Of a stretch of DNA of 64,000 bases, positions 24,369 through 35,533 are shown one piece after another. The notes below the pieces were generated by a model. That model saw only the letters and a list, made by a program, of their open reading frames with translations. It was not told the DNA's origin and made no database searches. Source of the stretch: Dictyostelium discoideum (taxonomy: Eukaryota); NCBI GenBank assembly GCA_000004695.1, contig CM000151.3, forward strand, positions 7,232,001-7,296,000. The letters are read 5' to 3'. Made by a program: the position numbers and the translations under genes. Position 1 is the stretch's first letter. Each line of letters opens with the position of its first letter.

Positions 24369-25430
24369 TTAATTTATTAATTTATCTTTTTCATTATGAT
24401 CATCATCATTACTACCAATAAATGATTTTGAAAGTTTTGATTCATTATAAAGCATTGGTTGAAAATCTTGTGGATTTGAAATTTTATAAGATAATAGAAT
24501 TTCAACAATTTCAGAAATTGGTGTTTTGAAAAAGCTAAATGTATTCTTACGTAAAAATAAAATTAATTTTGAATCTTTTGGATGTCTTTGAGGTATAGCA
24601 GAATCAATGATTTTATTATATTTATCAAAATCCAATACAGTGATTTGTTTAATTTGTTTAATACTTTCATGAGAGAGATGGTCAGTCATTTTCTTGAAAT
24701 CCAAATCTGATAAATAATTAATCCAACTACCAAGGAAAACCAATGGGAAAATTATATATGGAATTGAACTTGTGATTAAGGTTCCAATCGATGCAGATAA
24801 GGTGCCCAAGAAATTCACATTGTAAACATTACCATCACATTCGATATTACTATATTGGTTATCCCTATAAATGATCCAAATCACTTTTAAACCAATATAA
24901 ATCAAACCTGAAACTGCAAAATAAATAGTTAACCTTTTTTCAAACTTTTTATTACCATTTAAAAATATTTTAGATTCTGATAAAATTTGTTGAATTCTCG
25001 TTCTCTTTACCCAATTAAAATAATGCATTCCTTGATAAATTAATTGAATTCCAAGGAATAATAAAACTGCAAAACCAATTAATAATGAACTATATTTATC
25101 AGTTGGCAAACCCAACATTGACACTGAAAAAGCTAAAGAATAATTTGAACCTGTATTAAATTGTTGATTAACGCATGTTGTAAATTTAAATCCTTCATAA
25201 AAACAATTTTCTAAAGAATTTGAACTTGTAATACTACTACTATTATTTTTAATTACAATTGATGGTAATGTACATCCAACAATTTGCATTTTGTCAAAAT
25301 TTGAAAAAAATGTATATTCACCAACCATTAATAATCCAAAACCAATTAAAATTGTTAATAAAACTCTAATTGGTTTTGGTTGTGTAACATTTAAATAATT
25401 ATTAAATTCGAATGTAAATTGATCATTCAT
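24369..25430 (-). CDS. Four-pass membrane protein (family member b), 353 aa, single exon.
   Basis: The N-terminus reads MNDQFTFEFNNYLNVTQPKPIR. It shares the GC..P...NCF...C....GSNYSLAF ectoloop and the YLSDLDFKKM tail motifs, and is about 35-40% identical to members a and c. Confidence 0.8.
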   Translation of the reverse strand: MNDQFTFEFNNYLNVTQPKPIRVLLTILIGFGLLMVGEYTFFSNFDKMQIVGCTLPSIVIKNNSSSITSSNSLENCFYEGFKFTTCVNQQFNTGSNYSLAFSVSMLGLPTDKYSSLLIGFAVLLFLGIQLIYQGMHYFNWVKRTRIQQILSESKIFLNGNKKFEKRLTIYFAVSGLIYIGLKVIWIIYRDNQYSNIECDGNVYNVNFLGTLSASIGTLITSSIPYIIFPLVFLGSWINYLSDLDFKKMTDHLSHESIKQIKQITVLDFDKYNKIIDSAIPQRHPKDSKLILFLRKNTFSFFKTPISEIVEILLSYKISNPQDFQPMLYNESKLSKSFIGSNDDDHNEKDKLIN

Positions 25431-25469
25431 TTCTTTATTATTTATTTATATATATTTAATTAATTAATT

Positions 25470-25520
25470 TATTTATTTATTTATATATTAATTTATTTAT
25501 TAATTTATTTATTTATTTTT

Positions 25521-25580
<60 letters not shown>
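25470..25580. repeat. (ATTT)n tetranucleotide repeat.
   Basis: A TTTATTTATTTATTTA run lies in the spacer between family members b and c. Confidence 0.9.
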
Positions 25581-25595
25581 TTATTAATTTATTAA

Positions 25596-25631
<36 letters not shown>

Positions 25632-25872
25632 GATATGATTGAAGAAAAAAATAATTAAAAATAAAAATAAAAAGAATTTTCTTTATTTTTATTTATAAAA
25701 TTGGTGCAATTGTTGTGGAGTGTAACCTTAGATAAAATAAAATCATTATTTTTAGAATTTTTATAATAAAATTTTTGGTCAAAGGCGTTTGGAATAAAAA
25801 AAAATAAAAAAAATGAAAAAAAAATAAAAAATAAAAAAAAAATAAAAAAATGTCTTTTCAGATGCCACCACC

Positions 25873-25903
<31 letters not shown>

Positions 25904-26319
25904 ATTTCTATTTTTTCAAGTGTATTTTTAATTCATCAGAAAATCTCCTCATCTGGATTATTTACAGTTTTTATTTGTCATTTTTAAAAGTTTGAGTAAC
26001 TATTTTTCAAAAAAATAGGGGACATCTATAAAAATTAACTTTTTAATCCAATCTAAAAATAACAAAAAGAAAAAAAAGACTTTAAATTAAAAGACTCAAA
26101 TCAATAATTCTCATTTAACTACTTTTTTTTTTTCGAATTTTTCGAATTTTTACCAGGATTTGGATTTTCGATACCAAAGATATCTTTATTTTTTAGGATG
26201 CCATCGCATTTAATTTAATAAGATTATCTTTATTATTTTTTTTTTAATTTAAATTTAAAATAAAAAAAAATAAAAAAAAAAAAAAATAAAAAAAAAAAAA
26301 AGAAAAAAAGAAGAAAATT

Positions 26320-26386
<67 letters not shown>

Positions 26387-26387
26387 T

Positions 26388-27413
26388 TTATAAATATTGA
26401 TTTTGAATTAAATTATCATTAATTCTATTTTCATTTAAAAAAGTAGATTTAATATTTTTTGTTTGTATTGATTTAAATTCATCAGGTGAAGATTCTTTAT
26501 GTAATAATAAAATTTCAACAATTTCAGATGTTGAAGTTTTCCAAAATTTGAATGTATTACATTTTAAAAATAAAATAAAATTTTTATCATTTGAATATCT
26601 TTTTTTTAAAGTTGAATTTAATAATTTATTATATTTATCCATATCAAATATATAAATTTCATTAATTTTTTCTAAACTAATTTTTGAAAGATTTTCAGCC
26701 AATTTTTTAAATTCTAATTCTGATAAATAATTTAACCAACCCATTAAAAAAACACCAGGAATAATTAAATAACCAATTGAACCCATTACTATACCTGAAA
26801 TATAAGAAAATAAACTTTTTTCAAATTCCAAGTAATATGTATCTCCTGAACATTCAATTTCACTATAAATATCGTATCTATTTAATAACCACATAATTTT
26901 AGAACAAATATAACCAATACCAGTAACTAATAGAAATATTGTAACTTTTTTTTCATTTCTTTTATTTCCATCAATTAAAATTAAAGAACCTGATAAAACA
27001 TCTTGAATTCTTTTTCTCTTTACACTTTGAAAATATTGTGCAGTTTGGAATGTACTTAAAAATGTTATAAATAAAATCACCAATATTGTACCAATCAAAC
27101 CATTATATTTATCAGATTTTCCACCAACATTAAATGCTAAAGAATAATTTGAACCTGTATTATAATAATTATTTATACATTTTGTTACTAATAAATCATT
27201 ATTAAAACAATTATCAATATTCATTTCATTTGAATCTTTTTGATTTGGAAGTGAACAGCCAATTGCAACAAATTTTTCAAAACCTTTAAAAAAACCGGCT
27301 TCAGTTAAAATCATTAAGATGACCCCAATCGCCATTTGAATATAGATTCTAAATGGTTTTGGTTGACATTTTTTTAAATAACTACTAAATTCAAATGAAA
27401 AATGATTATCCAT
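26388..27413 (-). CDS. Four-pass membrane protein (family member c), 341 aa, single exon.
   Basis: The N-terminus reads MDNHFSFEFSSYLKKCQPKPFR. It has the same topology and motifs (NYLSELEFKKL, SEIVEILL). Confidence 0.8.
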   Translation of the reverse strand: MDNHFSFEFSSYLKKCQPKPFRIYIQMAIGVILMILTEAGFFKGFEKFVAIGCSLPNQKDSNEMNIDNCFNNDLLVTKCINNYYNTGSNYSLAFNVGGKSDKYNGLIGTILVILFITFLSTFQTAQYFQSVKRKRIQDVLSGSLILIDGNKRNEKKVTIFLLVTGIGYICSKIMWLLNRYDIYSEIECSGDTYYLEFEKSLFSYISGIVMGSIGYLIIPGVFLMGWLNYLSELEFKKLAENLSKISLEKINEIYIFDMDKYNKLLNSTLKKRYSNDKNFILFLKCNTFKFWKTSTSEIVEILLLHKESSPDEFKSIQTKNIKSTFLNENRINDNLIQNQYL

Positions 27414-27535
27414 TTTTTTTTTTAAAATAAATAAATAAATAAAAAAATAATAATAATAATATATAATAATTATAATAATAATAATAATAATAATAATATT
27501 AATAAAAAATAATAAAAAGTATTGATTTAAGTGAT

Positions 27536-27576
<41 letters not shown>

Positions 27577-28221
27577 CTCTTTTACAAAAAAAAACAAAAA
27601 AAAAAAAAAAAAAAAAAGAAAAAAAAATTAAAAATAAAAACAAAAATAAAAACCAAGGTTATAACATCATATATTATTGTAATGGAACTCGTTAAGGGTT
27701 GTTTTTTTTTTTTTTTAATATCTTTTCTTTTTGTAACTCGCCATAACATTTTATTTTTTTTTATTTTTATTTTTATTATTTTTTTAATTTTTCAATTTTT
27801 TTTTAACCTATTTATTTTGAGAATAAAAATCAGATATTTACAAAATTTTATTTTTAATCGGTTTTTTTTTTTTTTTTTTTGGCATCAAAAAAAAGAAAAA
27901 CACTGGCCGAGTTTTTTTTTTTTTTTTTTTCAGTAATCACCAAAAACCTATAATATTAATTTACCAAAAATGGCTGAGATTAGTAAAGAAAATGAAGATA
28001 ATTTTATTTTTAAAATGAAAGTATTATATAATCAAATGATTCACATACCATCAATGTTCAGTACATTAAAAACAGAGTTTCCTCTTTTTTTTGAAACTGA
28101 TACTACAAATATAATTCATTTACCAATGACATTACAGAGCAAAATTATTCAAAAGTGAATTTCTCTTCGAAAATTTTTTTTAAAAATTTAAAGATATAAA
28201 AACAAAATCCTAAATATATTA

Positions 28222-28281
<60 letters not shown>

Positions 28282-28338
28282 AAGATTTTAATTGATATAA
28301 ATAGACCAACAAGAGGATATTGTTCAAAATTTATAAAA

Positions 28339-29279
28339 ATGTTAACTCAAACATTAGAAAGATTAGATAAAGAAGTTAATGAATCAATATTAGAGAAATT
28401 TTTAGAAATAATATCACCAATAACGCCACATCAAAATGATGATGGTGGTGATAATAATCAATCAGAAGATAAAACTGAATATTGTTGGAAATCATATTAT
28501 ATACAAAATAAATGGATAACTTTAAAAAATGAAAATGCATACAATTTAGTTGGTATGACAACATGGGGTGCAGCATATCAACTCTCTGATTTCATTCTAT
28601 CAAATCAAAATTTATTTATTAATAAAAATATATTAGAATTGGGTAGTGGTACAGGTTTAGTTGGTATAATCTTAGATTTCATTAAACCATTAAAAAAAGT
28701 CATCTTAACTGATTATTCTCCAAAAGTTTTAAAAAATTTAAAATTTAATATGGAATTAAGTATGTGTTTTTTTTAAAGTTTATTTGATAATAATTAATAA
28801 TAATAATAGTAATAATTTTTTTTTAAAAAAAATGTTTAGATAATTTAGAAATTCAAGATTTTATTAATGATGATGATGATGATAATAATAATAATGTAAA
28901 TAAAGAAAATGATGATAAAATTAATCAGGTTAGAGTTTTAGATTGGGAGATCGAAGATTTAAATATTTTAAATAATTATAGTGGATTAAATGATTCAAAT
29001 ATTATATTAGGTGCTGATATAGTTTATGAACCATCACTTTGTAAATACTTGGTATCAATTTTATACTTTTTATTAGAAAGAAATGAAAACTCTGTAGCAT
29101 ACATTTCTTCAACAATTAGAAACCAATCAACATTTTCAATATTTCAAAAAGAATTAAATCTTAAAAATTTAACTGTAATTGATATAACAAAACAATTTGA
29201 GCAATCATCTCCAACTTCACCTTTTATTTATGATAGATCTCAAATTGTATTATATAAAATTTATTTAGAAAAGAAATAA
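28339..29279 (+). CDS. eEF2 lysine methyltransferase (FAM86/EEF2KMT; METTL21-like class I SAM-MTase). Exons approx 28339-28759 and 28840-29279.
   Basis: It contains GMTTWGAAYQLSDFILSNQNLFINKNILELGSGTGLVGIIL (MTase motif I) and ..VRVLDWE...ILGADIVYEPSLCKYL.. The donor is gtatgt and the phase-1 splice was verified. The ORF at 27970-28154 could be an additional 5' exon; it is in frame via a GTGAAT donor and an ..aaatag acceptor. Confidence 0.82.
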
Positions 29280-29379
29280 AAAATAAAAATAAAAATAAAA
29301 AAAAGTATGTGTTGATACATATGTAATATAGTTTTAATTAGTCTATAGAATATATATATACATGAATTAATTGTTTTTA

Positions 29380-29419
29380 TTATTTATTTTTGTATAAAAA
29401 AAAAAGATAAAATGAAAAT

Positions 29420-29458
<39 letters not shown>

Positions 29459-29736
29459 TAAGTAATGTCATCTTCTAAAGATTTATGTTGTTGAACTGAA
29501 ACTAAATTTGGAGTACCTTTGAATGCTTCGTAAACTCTAATATGATCATAGCCATTATCAGTTTTAACTTTGATAAAGTAATTCATACCATTAACCAATT
29601 GTTTCTTATACGAGATTGCTTGGAATATTGAATAATTGGTACCTAGTTTCTTTTCAAGTTGTTCTTTAACTGTATTGGTAATTTCTTGAATCTCTGGTGT
29701 GGCATTAATTGGATGTGGGCTAATTCCTCCTGTCAT
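29380..29736 (-). CDS. Cystatin A / stefin-family cysteine-protease inhibitor. The ORF as given reads through the expected stop into a K10 extension.
   Basis: The sequence MTGGISPHPINATPEIQEITNTVKEQLEKKLGTNYSIFQAISYKKQLVNGMNYFIKVKTDNGYDHIRVYEAFKGTPNLVSVQQHKSLEDDITYF matches stefin (QxVxG motif QLVNG). It is then followed in frame by [24 protein letters not shown] because TATTTTTTA is followed by an A33 tract. ATG was verified. Confidence 0.82.
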
Positions 29737-30533
29737 CTTTTTTTTTTTTTTTTAAACTATTAATATTTGAATACTTTAAAAGTTGTTTTTTGATTTTAAA
29801 TGTTAACTAAATTAAAAAAAAAAAAAAAATTTCTTTTAAATAATTAAAAAAATACAAATTGCTTTGAATTAATATTTTTTTTTTTTTTTTTTAATTTAGT
29901 TTTTTTATTATAAAAAAAAAAATTAAAATAAAATTTTAAAAAAATTATTATAAAAATGGTGAAAGGGGTATTTAATTTTATAATTATGACACCACACTCC
30001 CCCACTCACTTTTATATATATTTTTTATTTATAAATGTATATATCAAACAAAAGTAATTTTTTTTTTTTAATATTTCATTTTTAAAGGTAAATTTTTTTT
30101 TTTACATCTCACTTCATATAAATTTATTTTTTTCTATTTTTAAACTTTTTTTTTTTATTTTTTTTTTTTTTTATTTTTTATTTTTTTTCAAATTACAAAA
30201 AAAAACCAAATTCTTGAATATCTTTAATCTCGATCAAACCATTTAACATTTTTTATTTTTATTTTGTATTATTTTATATTATTTTTTTTTTTTCGTAAAA
30301 TGCAAATTTAATTTAATTTATTTTTTTTTCATTTCTCAACATTTCAAAAAAAAAAAAATCAATATAAAAAAAAAAAAAAAAATTAAAATCATTTTATTAA
30401 AATACCTTTTTAAATATCTTTACAATAATTATTATCTTTATAATAATTATTATATTTATCTAAACATTTCCAAATAATAAAAAATATAAAAATAAAATTA
30501 AAATTAAAATTAAAATTAAAAAAAAAAACAAAT

Positions 30534-31068
30534 ATGGATTGTATAAGTACATTTGAAAATAATAATAATAATAAAAATAATTTAAGTGAAATTATTAAAA
30601 AAACAGTTGAATTTGTAAAAGAAGAAATTAATTCATATAATGACCCATCACATGATTATAATCATATTGAACGTGTTTGGAAATTAGCAAAGAATATTGC
30701 AGAGAAAGAGAATTATGCAGACCCAAATAATAGTGAACGTCCAACTGAATTATTAGAATTGGCAGCATTATTACATGATGTGAAAGATCATAAATATTTG
30801 AAAAAGGGTGAAGACGAAAATACATGTTCAAATACAATCATTTCATTTTTAACTTCAAATAATTATCCATTAGAAAGTGCTCAAAAGATTGCACTCATAG
30901 TTAGTCAAATTTCTTTTAAAAATGAATTAGGTAATTTTTCAACAACTCAACTTTTACTTGAATCTAAAATTGTACAAGATGCTGATAGATTAGATGGTAT
31001 GTTATTATTATTATTATTATAATTAAATTTATTTATTAAATTTAAAATAATTATTAATAATTATTTAA

Positions 31069-31145
<77 letters not shown>

Positions 31146-31444
31146 TATTATTATTTAGCAATTGGAGCAATTGGTATTGCAAGAAGTTTCTCATTTGGTG
31201 CAATAAAGAATAGACCATTCTATGGAGAGGGTACTATGAAATTAATGAATTCAGATTTAAAAACAGTTGATATGTCACAAGAACAATATAAAAAACAAAC
31301 AAGTCCAACAATTGACCATTTTTATGAGAAATTATTTAAATTACAATCATTATTAAAAACTGAAACTGGTAAAACAATGGGAATTCAAAGACATCAATTT
31401 ATGGTTGATTTTATAAAACAATTCAATAATGAATTAAATAATGG

Positions 31445-31489
<45 letters not shown>

Positions 31490-31490
31490 G
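30534..31490 (+). CDS. HD-domain metal-dependent phosphohydrolase (YedJ-like). Exons approx 30534-30996 and 31159-31490.
   Basis: HD-domain motifs are present (HIERVWKLAKNIA; ELAALLHDVKDHKY) and ..IVQDADRLDG|AIGAIGIARSFSFGA.. spans the splice. The donor is gtatgt in phase 1. The intron is full of (ATT)n. The C-terminus ends in K12 encoded by an A38 tract. Confidence 0.78.
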
Positions 31491-31654
31491 AATTAATTTA
31501 TTTATTTATTTATTTTTTTATTTTTTTGATGATAATTTGTAAATAAAAATAAAAATATTAAAAAAAAAAAAAGATATATATTTTAGCTTTGCGTATCTAC
31601 TTTTAATTTTTTTTTTTATATTTATTTTTTTTTTTTTTATAAAAAAGAAAATAT

Positions 31655-31942
31655 TTAAAATGAATTTGCAATTTCAGATAAAATTAATGAAGATTTAGCT
31701 TTAATTTCATTTTTATCTGAAATATCCATTGGTAAATTATTGAATTCTCCTTTTTCTATAAATTCTTTTAACTTGTCAAAATCTGAAGAAGATGCCAATA
31801 AATTTCTTAAATATCTATAAAATAGTAAATGATTATCATATAAAGTAAATTCACGTGTATATTGTTTTAAATAGGCTTCAATAATTTCCAGAATTTTATT
31901 AACATTATTTTTAATCATTTTTTTTTTAATTTCTTTAGTCAT
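31655..31942 (-). CDS. Hypothetical small protein, 95 aa.
   Basis: This is an ATG-initiated ORF (verified) with non-repetitive composition and no recognisable domain. Confidence 0.35.
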   Translation of the reverse strand: MTKEIKKKMIKNNVNKILEIIEAYLKQYTREFTLYDNHLLFYRYLRNLLASSSDFDKLKEFIEKGEFNNLPMDISDKNEIKAKSSLILSEIANSF

Positions 31943-32173
31943 TTTTATTATTTATATTTAATATGCATCTAAAAATAAAATAAAACAAAAAAAAAAAAAA
32001 ATTAAAGCGTGAAAAAAAAAAAAAAAAAAAAAAAAAAATTTAATTCGAAAAATTAAAAAAAAAGTGAAGTTTCATTATTTTATTTTTATTTTTATTTTTT
32101 TGTTTATTTTTTTATTTTTTTAATAATATATATTTTAAATATTTAATTTTTTTTTTTTTAAAAAAATAAATAA

Positions 32174-32944
32174 TTATTGTTTTAATAATTCCCATTTTGC
32201 ATCAGAGAAAATTAAAGATCTAACATTTTGAATATAGTTAAGTAAATTTTGATTTTCAAAAAGTATTGAACGAATTGGAGTATCAACTGGTACATAATAA
32301 ATTTGAGCCAATGTTGAAAATAATGAGATATCTGCCATTGATAAATGGTCACCAAAAATAAAAGTTTTTGAACCTAATAAATTTGAAAGTGAGTTTAAAT
32401 CTGATTTGAAAACTGAAACCACTTCATCTAAACTGAAATTACCAACTTGGGTTTTATATTTTTGAATTGACACTTGGTTTATAGCCTTATGAGCAAATGA
32501 TCTAAAAATTGGATTTTGAATACTTGATAAAAGTCTTGGAATTATTTTTTCATTATATTCAGGTACGACCCAACGGATGTATGCTGATAAATATGTAAAA
32601 GCTTGATCAATGAAACGTTTTGTGATATGGTCAATTGCTTGATCCATTTCACCGCTACCACCACCACTACCGATGGATTGTTGCATTTTTGGTGTCACAT
32701 GTTTAAATTGTTGTGAAATCCATTCTAAAATGAAATAACTATCATAAACGAATTCATCATTATAACGAATGTATGGGAATGTTTTTCTTGGATTTGGTCC
32801 TAAATCACCAGTTGTATTAATTTCATATCTAATATTACAATATTCTAATATTGATATCACTTTTAAAACAAATGGTGAATAACTTGGTAAATCTTTATTT
32901 ATACCTGGGAAATCTGCAACGTAAACAACATCTTTTTCAAAAAT

Positions 32945-32980
<36 letters not shown>

Positions 32981-33152
32981 TGTTAAAAATGGTGAAATAA
33001 TGAAAACAAGGTTCAGAAGAGTAATTAAAATGAATATTTACTGGTTTATTTGTATTTAGTGAAATTGTTTTATAAAGGATACCAGCTGAAACTGTAACAG
33101 TTGCAGCAACTAATAATTTATTATTTTTGACTACTTCAATTACTTTTTCCAT
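32174..33152 (-). CDS. FAXC (failed axon connections)/metaxin-like GST-C-terminal-domain protein with an N-terminal TM anchor. Exons approx 33042-33152 and 32174-32944, about 293 aa.
   Basis: Exon 1 (MEKVIEVVKNNKLLVAATVTVSAGILYKTISLNTNKP) has the gtaaat donor. Exon 2 reads IFEKDVVYVADFPGINKDLPSYSPFVLKVISILEYCNIRYEI...GDHLSMADISLFSTLAQIYYV.. and matches the FAXC/metaxin SPF(C/V)LKVE..L and GST-C motifs. The intron contains an A30 tract. Confidence 0.82.
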
Positions 33153-33713
33153 TTTATTGTATATTTTAATTTATTAAATAAATTTTATTTAAAAAAAAAG
33201 ATTTTTTTTTTTTTTTTTTTTCTTTTTTTCACAGGTGAACTTTTTTTGATTATTAATAATTTTTTTTTTCCAAATGGTTTTTATTTTATGTTTATTTATA
33301 TTTTTTTTTTTTTTTTTTTTTTTTGTTTTTTTTCTTTTTTTTTTTTTGTGACGAAATTTTAACGCTAAAAGTAAAATTTCAAAGAATTGATTGATAACAA
33401 TTATGTCTCTTCGGCATTTTTATTTTAATTTGTTTTAATTTTTTTTTTTTTTTTTTTTTAATTTACACATTAAATAAAATATAAACTTGTGGTCTAAACT
33501 AAAAATAATTTTATTTAGTATTATAAACATGTTCAACTAAAAATAAAAATAAAATACTTTTTTATTATTCAAATCAAATATTAAATAAAACATACTAAAT
33601 CTTTAAAATTATTTTTAAAAGATTATTTTTTATTTATTTATTTATTTAAATTTTTTTAAAAATGAAAATTATAAATGTTGATTAATAATTATTGAATTTG
33701 AACAATAAATTAT

Positions 33714-34151
33714 TTATTGTTCTGGGAGACTTTTGTATTTAGTAACGTACTCCTGAAGTTCACACTTGGTTACGAATCTGTCATTATCTTTATCCAATTC
33801 ACTAAAGAAATTTTCAACAATCATAAGTGGAGCAATTGCATCTGGATTGTTTTTATTTACCCAATTGCATACTTCATCCCATGAGATCCTTCCATCCTTA
33901 TCAGTGTCATAGCCTTTCAAGAAGTTGTTACAGATGTTGTTAATTGCCTTTTGCAATTTCTTTGCAGCAACATCAGCCTTATGGCCATGAATCTCTTTTA
34001 TTGAAATAATTCCATCCTTATCCTTATCAAGAGAAATAAACATTGAAGAGGCAGCACGTAATGGATCTTTTGAACCGGTTTCCTTCAAACGTTTTACAGC
34101 TTCATCAAATGTAATATTACCATCACCATTTGAATCAAATTTTCTTAACAT
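33714..34151 (-). CDS. EF-hand calcium-binding protein (4 EF hands; Dictyostelium CBP-type), 145 aa.
   Basis: Four canonical 12-residue loops are present: DSNGDGNITFDE, DKDKDGIISIKE, DTDKDGRISWDE and DKDNDRFVTKCE. ATG was verified. Confidence 0.88.
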   Translation of the reverse strand: MLRKFDSNGDGNITFDEAVKRLKETGSKDPLRAASSMFISLDKDKDGIISIKEIHGHKADVAAKKLQKAINNICNNFLKGYDTDKDGRISWDEVCNWVNKNNPDAIAPLMIVENFFSELDKDNDRFVTKCELQEYVTKYKSLPEQ

Positions 34152-34439
34152 ATCCTCCTATGCACAGTTAGTTTTTGGAAAGAAAAAAAATAAAAAAAAT
34201 TATTAATATGGCATTTCTATTTTCTTTTTTTTTTTTTTTTTTTTTTTTTACATACTACATCTTTTGTAATTGCACAATCCATTTTTTAATTTTAATATTT
34301 TCTAACAATTTAATAACACAATAATGAAATAATTAATGAAAAAAAAATTGAAAATTACTCCCTTTAAATAGAAAAAATATTATTTTTATTTTTTTTTTTT
34401 ATTTTAATTATTTTTTTTTTTTTTATTATTATTATTAAT

Positions 34440-34628
34440 ATAATTATTATTTTTTTTTTTTTAAATTTTAATTTTTCATTTTTATTATTATTTTTATTAT
34501 TATTAAAATTTTTATTTTTTTTTAGGGGGTACCATCTTTTTTTTTAATACCCCCAATCACACATATTACAAAAATGGATATTGAATTCAACTGTTTTTTT
34601 TTTTTTAAATATTAATTTTTCATTTTTA

Positions 34629-34665
<37 letters not shown>

Positions 34666-34725
34666 AATTATTTTTTTTTTTAGGGGGGCACCCCTCTTTT
34701 TTTTTTTAGGATTGTATGTGTGAAG

Positions 34726-34761
<36 letters not shown>

Positions 34762-34830
34762 GTTGAATTCAATATCCATTTTTGTAATGTGTGTGATTGG
34801 GGGTATTAAAAAAATTTTAATAATAATACT
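34440..34830. repeat. Composite palindromic element. It has a 48-bp perfect inverted repeat flanking a ~170-bp core, plus about 90-bp direct repeats ending in AGGGGG(T/GC)ACC.
   Basis: AATACCCCCAATCACACATATTACAAAAATGGATATTGAATTCAACTG at 34540-34587 is the exact reverse complement of 34759-34806. The unit TAATTTTTCATTTTTAT(C)ATTATT...ATTAAAATT..TTTAGGGGG(G)(T/C)ACC occurs at about 34450-34535 and about 34610-34700. Confidence 0.55.
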
Positions 34831-35533
34831 AAATAATTTCATTTTTATTATATAATTTTTTTTTTATATATTTATTTTTATTATTTTTTTTTTATTATTT
34901 TTTTTTTATTATTTTTTTTTTTATATAGAATTTTTTTATAATTCAATCTTTTAGAATTATGTCATACTATTAAGATAGGTTTATTTAATTTTTTTAATTA
35001 ATTGGGAATTATTTGTAAAAAATATATTTAAACTTTCAATATAAACAAATTGTCAAGTTTAAATATATTTTTTGCTTAGTACTTTCCAATTTATTTAAAA
35101 TAATTAAAATAAATATATTTAAATAGTATTACAATAATTAACTCTTATTTTTAATTTCTAAGAAATTGAGATTATATTTATCTCTTTTACTTTTTTATTT
35201 TTTTTTATTTATGTTTGTTTTATCTTGAGTTTTAGTTATAATTAAAAAAGTTGGAATATAAAAAATAAAATATTTAAAATAATTTTTAATAAAAAAAAAT
35301 AATAAAAAAATAATAAAAAATAATAATCAAATAAACCAACTTTAATAGCACAACCATAAAAATAAAATCACAAAAAAAATATCTAAAAATTTCGAGCTTG
35401 GGTTGTCATTTTTATTTTTGTCAATTGTCACAAAATTTATTTTTTTAATTTTTTTTTTTTTTAATAAAAAAAAAAATTGATTATAGAAAAAAAAAAAAAA
35501 TAATGGTTCAAAATTTTAATTTCACTCACAAAA

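Noticed and set aside
27970-28158. 62-aa ORF as an independent gene
   Set aside because: It is more parsimoniously a possible 5' exon of the downstream methyltransferase (see the findings); there is no support for it as a stand-alone protein.
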